From NCBI GenBank assembly GCA_965237905.1, contig OZ250172.1:160001-224000 (forward strand): a stretch of DNA of 64,000 nt, written 5' to 3'. Source of the stretch: Nitrospinaceae bacterium. GTDB lineage: Bacteria; Nitrospinota; Nitrospinia; Nitrospinales; Nitrospinaceae. The notes beneath the pieces are model-generated. The model was not told the origin of the DNA. It searched no databases and saw only the letters and a list, made by a program, of their open reading frames with translations. This document shows, piece after piece, positions 38,950 to 47,178 of this stretch. Numbering within the stretch: the stretch's first letter is position 1; the number at the start of each line of letters is the position of its first letter. The position numbers and the translations under genes were made by a program.

Positions 38950-39944
38950 CGAATCGCCGCCGCTCCCCAAGTTAGACCTGCGCCCAAAACGGTGAGCAGA
39001 CTCAACGTTCCTGATTGAAGTCTTCCGGACTCGCGTGCTTCATGCAGAGCGATCGGAATGGAAGCCGCGCTGGTATTTCCGTATTTATGAATATTGATAA
39101 AAAATTTATCAATATTCATATCCAGTTTTTCAGCAACGGTCTCAATAATTCTTCGGTTGGCCTGATGAGGGATCACCACATCCACATCTCCGGTAGACAG
39201 CTCATTGAATTCCAGACATTCTCTGGAAACTTCACTCATGCGTTTCACCGCCATTTTAAAGGTCGATTGCCCCGACATTTTCAAACAGTACATTTTATTG
39301 TCTACCGCTTCGTGGTTCACCGGTTCCCTTCCAATACCACCGGGCACGATCAACATATCGGATTGATTCCCATCGGAATAGATATGAGATGAAAGAATCC
39401 CTGTCGGTTTTTCCTTTTCGACCCGCTTGATGATAACCGCACCGGCGCCGTCTCCGAATAAAATACAGGTCTTCCGGTCAGTCCAGTCCATGATCCGGGA
39501 ATTGACTTCGGCTCCTATCACCATGACCTTCTCATACCGCCCGCTTTTGATGTATTGCTCGGCAATCGACAATCCGAATACAAACCCGGAACAAACGGCG
39601 GAAATGTCATAGGCCGCGGCTTTGGAGGCACCTAGATTCTTTTGCACAAAACAGGCCGTCGAGGGATAAAGCACATCCGGGGTGGAGGTGCAGACGATAA
39701 TCATATCCAACTCATCCGGGATCATTCCGGCCGCATTCAAAGCATTTTTGGCCGCATGGGCTCCCAGGGTGGAGGAAGACTCATCCTTCCGGGCAATCCT
39801 TCTCTCCTGAATACCGGTACGAGTTCGGATCCACTCATCCGAAGTATCCAAAGTTTTTTCCAGGTCCGCATTGGTCAAAACTTTTTCGGGAAGATACATA
39901 CCCGTTCCCACGATTTCAGCCTGGTACAGAGATTTTTTTTTCAT
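38943..39944 (-). CDS. fabH: 3-oxoacyl-ACP synthase III
   Basis: AVCSGF, PHQAN, GNTSAAS. Confidence 0.96.
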   Translation of the reverse strand: MKKKSLYQAEIVGTGMYLPEKVLTNADLEKTLDTSDEWIRTRTGIQERRIARKDESSSTLGAHAAKNALNAAGMIPDELDMIIVCTSTPDVLYPSTACFVQKNLGASKAAAYDISAVCSGFVFGLSIAEQYIKSGRYEKVMVIGAEVNSRIMDWTDRKTCILFGDGAGAVIIKRVEKEKPTGILSSHIYSDGNQSDMLIVPGGIGREPVNHEAVDNKMYCLKMSGQSTFKMAVKRMSEVSRECLEFNELSTGDVDVVIPHQANRRIIETVAEKLDMNIDKFFINIHKYGNTSAASIPIALHEARESGRLQSGTLSLLTVLGAGLTWGAAAIRW

Positions 39945-39986
39945 GCGCAGATTAAGTTGGGCCGTTTAATTCAAAGGATCTGATAA

Positions 39987-41093
39987 TTAATTTTTTGAAG
40001 GATCGTCGGATGTTTCCTCGGAAGTTTCGAAATCTTTGGGGTCATCTTCCGGGCCGGTAACAATTTCCTTAATATGTTGCCAGAGCGATCCCTTGCCGTC
40101 CAGATTGTATTCAATATCCTCACAGATATGTTCATTGATTTTTTTTTCCACAAACAAATGCGCCTGGTAAATAGCATTCTTGATCGCTTTGGGACTGGAA
40201 CTGCCGTGGGCGATGATGCACACTCCATTGATTCCCAGAAGGGGCGCCCCTCCCTTTTCCGAATAATCGACTTTTTTCTTCAATTGAGTCAAATGAGGTT
40301 TCAGCAACATATAACTCAGCTTGGTCGTCATCCCCGTTTTAAAGAGGGTTTTCAGGCTACCACCGATCATCTCAGCCAGGCTTTCACTGATTTTGAGCGC
40401 CACATTTCCGGTAAAGCCGTCGCACACAATAACGTCGGCGTTGCCCCGGTAAACTTCTTTCCCTTCAATATTGCCGATAAAGTTGATATGGCTTTTCTTG
40501 AGTAGCTTGAAAGCCTCTTTGGTGGTCTCGTTGCCTTTACCATCCTCCTCACCTATACTCAGCAGCCCCACACCGGGATTGTCGTTCCCCAGAATGTATT
40601 TGGCATAAGCGTGGCCCATGATTCCAAATTGAAACAACTGGTTGGTTTTGCAATCCACATTGGCGCCGGCATCCAACAGGATAGAAGTGCCTTTAGCCGT
40701 CGGCAGTTGAACCGCGATGGCAGGCCGATCCACTCCCTTCAAAGGACGTAAAATGATAGTGGAATAGGCGAGGACCGCACCGGTATTGCCGGCACTGACG
40801 AAAGCAGAAGCTTCGCCTTTTTTAACCAGATCCACTCCAATCTTGATGGAGGACTTTTTTTTAGTTCGGATCACCTTGCTGGGGATGTCATTCATCTCGA
40901 CAACTTCATCCGCGTGCTCCACTTCGATGCTCAGCTGTTTCCAGTCCTCGTATTTCTCAAGTTCCTGATGCACCCGATGTGAAATTCCCGTGAGGATAAT
41001 AGGAATCTGAAATTCCCGTGCCGCCAACACAGCGCCTTCAACAATGGCCTCTGGAGCATGGTCTCCCCCCATTGCGTCAACAGCAATTTTCAT
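39987..41093 (-). CDS. plsX: phosphate acyltransferase PlsX
   Basis: IAVDAMGGDHAP, SAGNTGA, LDAGAN, VCDGFTGNVALK, HGSS. Confidence 0.96.
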   Translation of the reverse strand: MKIAVDAMGGDHAPEAIVEGAVLAAREFQIPIILTGISHRVHQELEKYEDWKQLSIEVEHADEVVEMNDIPSKVIRTKKKSSIKIGVDLVKKGEASAFVSAGNTGAVLAYSTIILRPLKGVDRPAIAVQLPTAKGTSILLDAGANVDCKTNQLFQFGIMGHAYAKYILGNDNPGVGLLSIGEEDGKGNETTKEAFKLLKKSHINFIGNIEGKEVYRGNADVIVCDGFTGNVALKISESLAEMIGGSLKTLFKTGMTTKLSYMLLKPHLTQLKKKVDYSEKGGAPLLGINGVCIIAHGSSSPKAIKNAIYQAHLFVEKKINEHICEDIEYNLDGKGSLWQHIKEIVTGPEDDPKDFETSEETSDDPSKN

Positions 41094-41277
41094 TTTTGAT
41101 TTTCTTCCTCCGGAAGGTTCAAAGGGGATCCGCCAATTGCCTCTTCAAGATAGAATTGGAGGAAATGAGGTTGTCAAAAACTTGGATCCGGCAATTTATT
41201 CGGGATAAGGTGATACCCCTTTCAATGGTTGAAATTCAAATAAACCGGTCAACCTGGATTGGAATCAATAGATCTAC

Positions 41278-41460
41278 TTAGACTGCTTCAACCTCTAAGA
41301 CTTCTTTATCCTTGTAGTATCCACAGTGAGGACAAACATGGTGAGGCCTTTTAATCTCATGACATTGGGTACATTCACCGTAAGCGGGAACACTTAAATG
41401 ATCATGCGAACGTCTCATTCCTTTTTTTGACTTGGATGTTCTTTTCTTGGGTACTGGCAT
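41278..41460 (-). CDS. rpmF: 50S ribosomal protein L32 (Zn-binding form)
   Basis: MPVPKKRTSK...RRSH...CTQC...HHVCPHCGYY. Confidence 0.96.
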   Translation of the reverse strand: MPVPKKRTSKSKKGMRRSHDHLSVPAYGECTQCHEIKRPHHVCPHCGYYKDKEVLEVEAV

Positions 41461-41478
41461 GCTGATTTCCTTTAAAAA

Positions 41479-42018
41479 CTACTTCAGTTTATCTTTCAAC
41501 GTTTTTAATACGGCCAATCGTGGGTCGATTGAATCCTTATCCGAACACTGACAATTTTTTTTATTCCGATTCAACCCACAATGGGAACAGATCCCTTTGC
41601 AATCATCCCTGCATAACCGGGCCAGAGGCAGACTCAACATCATCTGGTCATACACGGCTTGGGTTAAATCAATCCGATTATCGGAGTAGCACTCCACTTC
41701 GATGTCCGAAACATGGAGTTCAACATCCGTATTCCGGCTTCCGGCCTCTTGGCCGGGCACATAATGAGATGAAACCTTGGACCGAATCTTATAATTTAAC
41801 GGTTCCAAGCACCGGGAACAAGTCATTTCTATTTCTGTGGAAATGCTTCCCTTAAGAAAGACTTCCCGTCCCACTTTCGAAAGGCTACCTTGAACGTGAA
41901 CGTCTTCCCTTAAAATCCCTTCTTCCGGATCGACTTTAAAATAATCCAGCTTTTCAACGAGCTCAAAAACATATTCCTCGTCATCCGGAATATCATCAAA
42001 ATTTATGACCAAACTCAT
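41479..42018 (-). CDS. yceD: YceD/DUF177 protein
   Basis: CSRCL, LCRDDCKGIC, DPRLAVLK; directly upstream of rpmF. Confidence 0.9.
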   Translation of the reverse strand: MSLVINFDDIPDDEEYVFELVEKLDYFKVDPEEGILREDVHVQGSLSKVGREVFLKGSISTEIEMTCSRCLEPLNYKIRSKVSSHYVPGQEAGSRNTDVELHVSDIEVECYSDNRIDLTQAVYDQMMLSLPLARLCRDDCKGICSHCGLNRNKKNCQCSDKDSIDPRLAVLKTLKDKLK

Positions 42019-42148
42019 GGTCGACCCGCTGATTCAAAAGGCATCATGAATACTATAATTGTGTCACGTGTAAAGGCGGGTAAGGTACTAAAAATACTAG
42101 CTTTAATAAGCTAAAGAGTCAAGGGGAAATTCAGCCTTCAATCCCCAT

Positions 42149-43027
42149 TCAGGACCGTGGATGACACTTGTCAAAAACCTCTCTCATCCTCTCTTGTACC
42201 ACATGCGTATAGATTTGGGTGGTGGAAATGTCCGAGTGCCCCAACATTTGCTGAACCGAGCGTAAATCGGCTCCCCTCTCCAAGAGGTGGGTCGCAAAAG
42301 CGTGCCGCAACGTGTGTGGAGAGGCGGGCACTGAAATATTAGCCTTCAAGGCATATTGTTTCAAGATTTTCCAGAAAGCCTGTCGGGTCATGGGCATTTT
42401 TCGCCGGGAAATGAAAAGCCCAGGGAGGTTTTTATTTTTGACCAGCCGGGGGCGGCTTTGTTCCAGATAAACCTTTAGATACGATTGAGCCACCTCTCCC
42501 AGTGGGATCACCCGCTCTTTCCCGCCCTTTCCGTAGGAACGAATAAACCCGACCTCTAAATTCAGGTCGTTCAACTCCAATGATATCAACTCACTGACCC
42601 GCACCCCGGTGGCATAGAGAACCTCCAGCATGGCCTTGTCCCTGAGCCCCAGTGGGGTCTCTGTATTAGGCTGATTTAAAAGAGATTCCACCTCATTCAA
42701 GGAAAGAGTATGAGGTAATTTGCGCCAGATTTTAGGGGTCTCCAGGGTCTCCACCGGGTTCTCACTGATCAGGCTTTCTCCCACCAGGTATTTGAAAAAC
42801 GATTTCAAGGAAGACAGGGAACGGGCGATGGACCGGGATGAGAGCCCTTGGTTGTGCAGACTCAATAAAAACTCTCGAATATCCGATGGGGTGATGGACT
42901 TTAACGATGTCTTGGGCTGGAAGGAAACAAACCGGGAAATATCCCGCCGGTACCCATCAACCGTATTGGGTGAGTGCCGTTTCTCGACAAACAAATGCTC
43001 GGTAAATTCCCGGACCAGCTCTTCCAT
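42149..43027 (-). CDS. xerD: tyrosine recombinase XerD
   Basis: RDKAMLEVLYATGVRVSEL, GKGGKER, SPHTLRHAFATHLL, LRSVQQMLGHSDISTTQIYTHV. Confidence 0.93.
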   Translation of the reverse strand: MEELVREFTEHLFVEKRHSPNTVDGYRRDISRFVSFQPKTSLKSITPSDIREFLLSLHNQGLSSRSIARSLSSLKSFFKYLVGESLISENPVETLETPKIWRKLPHTLSLNEVESLLNQPNTETPLGLRDKAMLEVLYATGVRVSELISLELNDLNLEVGFIRSYGKGGKERVIPLGEVAQSYLKVYLEQSRPRLVKNKNLPGLFISRRKMPMTRQAFWKILKQYALKANISVPASPHTLRHAFATHLLERGADLRSVQQMLGHSDISTTQIYTHVVQERMREVFDKCHPRS

Positions 43028-43202
43028 TTCAAAACCCTATAAAGGTTTATTTATCAATAATTTATGATAAAACTCCTGAATAATCAATGAAATTATCGGC
43101 ACCCAGGAAAATTTGCTGAAAATAATTAAATCAGTTAGAATTACCCAGCTTATCAGCTGAACCATTCATCTTCTCGATCCACCACCCACAAGAAAGACCG
43201 AT

Positions 43203-44195
43203 ATGGAACGAATCACGCTTATTCAACACCTGCGGCGACGCCAGAATATGGCCGAGGGAGCGACCGGGGAATTTACCAGCCTGATGATGGAAATTCTGGT
43301 AGCGGCCAAATTCGTCTCGCTGCAAGTGAATAACGCGGGTTTGGGGGAAGATATCCTGGGGCTGACGGGCCGGGTCAATATTCAGGGCGAAGAAGTCCAA
43401 AAGCTGGATGAATACGCCAATGAAATTTTCACCAAGTTGCTGGGAAATTCCGGTCTCATTTGCGCCATTACCTCGGAGGAATACGACAAGCCGGTAATCA
43501 TTCCTCCCGATCGAGCGGGCAAATATGTTTTCACGATGGATCCTCTGGATGGTTCTTCCAACATCGACGTCAACGTCAGCATCGGCACCATTTTTTCCAT
43601 CTACCGCAAGCAAAGCCCCGGCAAGGAAGTAACCGATGACGATTTGCTCCAAAAAGGATCACAACAAGTCGCATCCGGCTACATTGTCTACGGTTCCAGT
43701 ACCATGTTCGTTTACACTTCCGGCGAAGGCGTTCACGGATTTACCCTTGACCCGTCGCTGGGGGAGTTTTTCCTGTCGCACGGCGATGTCAAGATTCCGG
43801 AATCCGGCACCACTTACAGCATCAACGAAGGCAATATTGAAACCTGGGAAGAGTCTCAGAAAAATCTCGTTGACTACATGAAAGAAAGGGATGAGAAAAC
43901 TCAGAGACCCTACACATTACGATACATCGGTTCTCTCGTTTCGGATTTTCACCGCACGCTCCTCAAGGGTGGAATTTTCATGTACCCGGGCGACCAGAAA
44001 AATCCCCAGGGGAAATTACGCTATGCCTTCGAGGCGGCGCCTCTGGCATTTATCGTGGAACACGCCGGAGGCAAAGCAACGGATGGGCAAACCCGTATTC
44101 TGGATATCCCACCCTCGGAAATTCATCAAAGGACTCCCCTCTTCATTGGAAGCACCCGCGAGGTGGATCTGGCTACCCGATTCCTCAAAAAATAA
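43203..44195 (+). CDS. fbp: fructose-1,6-bisphosphatase class I
   Basis: GEEVQKLD, DPLDGSSNID, RYIGSLVSDFHRTL, GKLR. Confidence 0.96.
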   Translation: MERITLIQHLRRRQNMAEGATGEFTSLMMEILVAAKFVSLQVNNAGLGEDILGLTGRVNIQGEEVQKLDEYANEIFTKLLGNSGLICAITSEEYDKPVIIPPDRAGKYVFTMDPLDGSSNIDVNVSIGTIFSIYRKQSPGKEVTDDDLLQKGSQQVASGYIVYGSSTMFVYTSGEGVHGFTLDPSLGEFFLSHGDVKIPESGTTYSINEGNIETWEESQKNLVDYMKERDEKTQRPYTLRYIGSLVSDFHRTLLKGGIFMYPGDQKNPQGKLRYAFEAAPLAFIVEHAGGKATDGQTRILDIPPSEIHQRTPLFIGSTREVDLATRFLKK

Positions 44196-44226
44196 TCTCC
44201 CATTCAAAATTGAATCCGACCGGTTT

Positions 44227-45498
44227 ATGAAAATCAAAAGCATCAAAGGCGTCAAAGACATCCTGCCCGGAGAAATTGAAAAATGGCAATGGGTGGAGTC
44301 CGTGGCTCACCGGATATTTTCCCGGTACGGCTTCAAGGAAATCCGGCCCCCTATTTTTGAATACACCAACCTGTTCAAAAGAAGTATCGGCGATACCACG
44401 GACATCGTCGAAAAAGAAATGTACACCTTCAAGGATAAAGGAGGCGAGGAGATCACCCTCCGGCCGGAAGGCACCGCTTCGGTCGTCCGGTCCTATATCG
44501 AACACAAAATGCACGGCCAGAATCCCTTGACCAAGCTGTATTACTTCGGCCCCATGTTCCGCTATGAGCGGCCGCAGGCGGGACGGTTCCGCCAGTTTTA
44601 CCAGATCGGAGTGGAGGCGATGGGATCAGCCAGTCCTGCAATTGATGCGGAAGTGATGACGATGCTCATTGAATTTTTCAAGGAATTGGGTTTGAACGAT
44701 CTCGAACTCCAGATCAACTCGTTAGGATGTAAAGAGTGCCGGCCGCAATACCGCGAAATTCTCAAGTCTGCCATTAAACCCCACTTGCAAGAGTTATGCA
44801 CCAACTGCAACCAACGCTACGAACGGAATCCATTAAGAGTCCTCGACTGCAAGGTGGAACGCGATGGTGAAATTGCCAAGGGCCTCCCCAAGATCAAGGA
44901 CCATCTCTGCGCTCAGTGCGAAGAGGATTTCGCGCAAGTCCAAAAATTTCTGAACGCGGTCAACACTTCTTATATCGTCAACGATCAAATTGTGCGCGGT
45001 CTCGACTATTACAACAAAACCACGTTTGAAGTAATTTCAAAAACCGGACTGGGATCGCAAAACGCCGTCTGCGGCGGCGGCCGTTACGATTCGCTGGTGG
45101 AAGATTTCGATGGCCCCCCTACCCCCTGCTTCGGCTTCGCTCTGGGTATGGAACGCCTGATCTCCATTCTGCCGGAGGAAAAACTCCAGGGTTTGGAACA
45201 GCGGCCCGATATCTATCTGGTTTGCCTGGGTGACGAGGCGCAGAAACTGGCCTTTCCCATCACGCATCAACTACGGGCTGTGGGCCTGTATGTGGAGCGT
45301 GAGATCGAAGGTGGAAGCATGAAAAGCCAGATGCGCAAAGCCAATAAATTAGCCAGCCGGTTTACACTGATCATCGGGGATGACGAAATCAAAAACAAGC
45401 AATACGTATTGAAAAATATGGATGGCGGCGAGCAGTGGGAAGTGACCGCGGACACTTTGGCGGAGGAAGTACAATCCCGGCTTAAATCATTTGAATAA
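44227..45498 (+). CDS. hisS: histidine--tRNA ligase
   Basis: LRPEGTAS, MFRYERPQAGR, VRGLDYY, GGGRYD. Start moved to MKIKSIKG to avoid overlap with fbp. Confidence 0.97.
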   Translation: MKIKSIKGVKDILPGEIEKWQWVESVAHRIFSRYGFKEIRPPIFEYTNLFKRSIGDTTDIVEKEMYTFKDKGGEEITLRPEGTASVVRSYIEHKMHGQNPLTKLYYFGPMFRYERPQAGRFRQFYQIGVEAMGSASPAIDAEVMTMLIEFFKELGLNDLELQINSLGCKECRPQYREILKSAIKPHLQELCTNCNQRYERNPLRVLDCKVERDGEIAKGLPKIKDHLCAQCEEDFAQVQKFLNAVNTSYIVNDQIVRGLDYYNKTTFEVISKTGLGSQNAVCGGGRYDSLVEDFDGPPTPCFGFALGMERLISILPEEKLQGLEQRPDIYLVCLGDEAQKLAFPITHQLRAVGLYVEREIEGGSMKSQMRKANKLASRFTLIIGDDEIKNKQYVLKNMDGGEQWEVTADTLAEEVQSRLKSFE

Positions 45499-45583
45499 AA
45501 GCTTGTTAGAGAATTGGGACCGAAAATGATGGATTGACTCCCGTGGAATCCCCGTGATAAATTTTAGTTCCAAGGGAGGTTTT

Positions 45584-46012
45584 ATGGCCGCCGATGAACA
45601 CGAAGTTCTTGAAAATTACATCACCCAGCACAACCTGAAAATTACCAAACAACGACGCGCCGTGCTGGAGGCGTTTCTAGGCAGTGAAGAACATCTCAGC
45701 GCCGAAGAGCTTTATAAAATGGTTTCGGCCAAGGAACCCAAGATCGGCTTGGCCACGGTGTACCGAACCCTCGCCCTGTTGACCGAAAGCGGACTCGCCG
45801 CCGAGCTCGATTTCGGTGACGGCCAGAAACGCTACGAACACAATTACCAGCACGCCCACCACGATCACATGATCTGCACCCAATGCGGCAAGATCATCGA
45901 ATTCCACAATTCCGTAATCGAAAAATTACAGGAAGAAGTAGCCCAGGAACACGGCTTCGAAATGACCACCCACAAACTGGACATGTTCGGCATCTGCAAA
46001 GACTGCCGCTAA
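45584..46012 (+). CDS. fur: Fur-family transcriptional regulator
   Basis: TKQRRAVL, HLSAEELY, GLATVYRTL, HHDHMICTQCG, GICKDC; GGGAGG RBS. Confidence 0.9.
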   Translation: MAADEHEVLENYITQHNLKITKQRRAVLEAFLGSEEHLSAEELYKMVSAKEPKIGLATVYRTLALLTESGLAAELDFGDGQKRYEHNYQHAHHDHMICTQCGKIIEFHNSVIEKLQEEVAQEHGFEMTTHKLDMFGICKDCR

Positions 46013-46076
46013 CCCGTCGTTCATAATATTTGTTTAACAACCAGATCAATTATGTTTTTGTGTGGAATTGTTCCGC

Positions 46077-47024
46077 CTACCCTTCAGCAGGTTTTTCTTT
46101 TTCTGTGGTGGTGGAGGATTTTTCGGCAGGCGGGGCGGTGATGGATTGGGCACAGCGGAAACCGATGAAGTTGTACAACTCGTCGACACTGCCGCCGTAG
46201 GAGGCCACTTTCGAAAATACCCGGTTCTTGGGATTCAGCCAGGTCCGGTTGGTGATCCTGAGAGCCCCGGCGGAAGAATTGAACGATCCGCCGCGAATCA
46301 CTTTGTTCTCGCCCTCTTTCGGTCCGGCGGGGTTGGTCTCCTTGTTGCCGACATAATACGGGCTGTACCAGTCTTCCGTCCATTCCCAGACGTTCCCCAT
46401 CATGTCGTGCAAGCCAAACTGGTTGAGTTTTTTCTGGCCTACCGGATGGGTGGTTTTATCCGAATTGTCCTCGTACCAGGCGTAGGCGCCATCCATGACG
46501 TTGCCCCAGAAATATCGGGTCTTGGCGTGTCCCCGGGCGGCGTATTCCCATTCCGCTTCCGTCGGCAGACGGCAGGCACCGCCGGATTTTTCGATAAACT
46601 GCTGGATGTCGTGATAGTTGACCTGCTCGACCGGATGGTCGGCTTTAACATTTTTCGAGGGATTGAACCCCATGACCTTTTCCCAACGGGCCTGGGTCAT
46701 TTCGTACCGGTCCATATAAAAATCGTCGAGGCACACTTCGTGCTCATATTTTTCATCCGCCTGGGCGCGGTCGTTGCCCATCGTGAAGCACCCGCCCTTG
46801 ATGAACACCATGCCCTCGGGAGCCTGCTTGGCTTTGAGCTTGTCCTCCTCCGACAATTCGATGGCAACCACACCCTGGGGCGAGGCCGTCTCCATATTCC
46901 CCTCGACCCCCTCTATTTCAGAGATGGAAGGCGCCTGATCCCCCTCTTTTTCGTTATTACACTGGGAACAACCCATGGGTAAGGCCAGCAGTAATAGAAT
47001 CCCGACTATCCTGAAAACGCTCAT
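46077..47024 (-). CDS. FGE-sulfatase (SUMF1/EgtB/PvdO) domain lipoprotein
   Basis: Lipobox-like PMGC, RLPTEAEWEYAAR, NQFGLHDMMGNVWEW, RGGSF, GFRC. The catalytic FGE cysteine pair is absent. Confidence 0.88.
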   Translation of the reverse strand: MSVFRIVGILLLLALPMGCSQCNNEKEGDQAPSISEIEGVEGNMETASPQGVVAIELSEEDKLKAKQAPEGMVFIKGGCFTMGNDRAQADEKYEHEVCLDDFYMDRYEMTQARWEKVMGFNPSKNVKADHPVEQVNYHDIQQFIEKSGGACRLPTEAEWEYAARGHAKTRYFWGNVMDGAYAWYEDNSDKTTHPVGQKKLNQFGLHDMMGNVWEWTEDWYSPYYVGNKETNPAGPKEGENKVIRGGSFNSSAGALRITNRTWLNPKNRVFSKVASYGGSVDELYNFIGFRCAQSITAPPAEKSSTTTEKEKPAEG

Positions 47025-47178
47025 TGGTCCTGAATTTCACCTTAAAATGGAAAAGGGGTCATAATACCCCATAAATGTTGATTTTCACTATTTCTTTCAG
47101 AACTCGGGAAAATAAAATTAAACCGATTTCCCTACCCAGATCGGCTAAAATATTTGAAAATTATGCCGATATGAAGAT

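Noticed and set aside
42149..43027. Tyrosine recombinase as a prophage or island integrase
   Set aside because: The motifs are those of housekeeping XerD, the flanks are core genes, and I see no att-like repeats, tRNA or cargo.
43052..43064. IHF-like site TATCAATAATTTA between xerD and fbp
   Set aside because: A degenerate motif expected by chance in AT-rich intergenic DNA, with no supporting context.
43891..44226. N-terminal extension of HisS given by the track
   Set aside because: It overlaps the fbp coding region; the HisS-like sequence starts at ATG 44227.
46062..46982. Long antisense or alternative-frame ORFs (e.g. 46062-46982, 14045-14872, 11552-12205, 50771-51487, 35692-36342)
   Set aside because: They are shadows of well-supported genes on the opposite strand and carry no recognisable motifs.
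46077..47024. FGE-sulfatase (CLec-fold) gene, and the DUF1566 gene at 52007, as diversity-generating retroelement targets
   Set aside because: No reverse transcriptase and no template-repeat copy of either 3' end is visible in the window.
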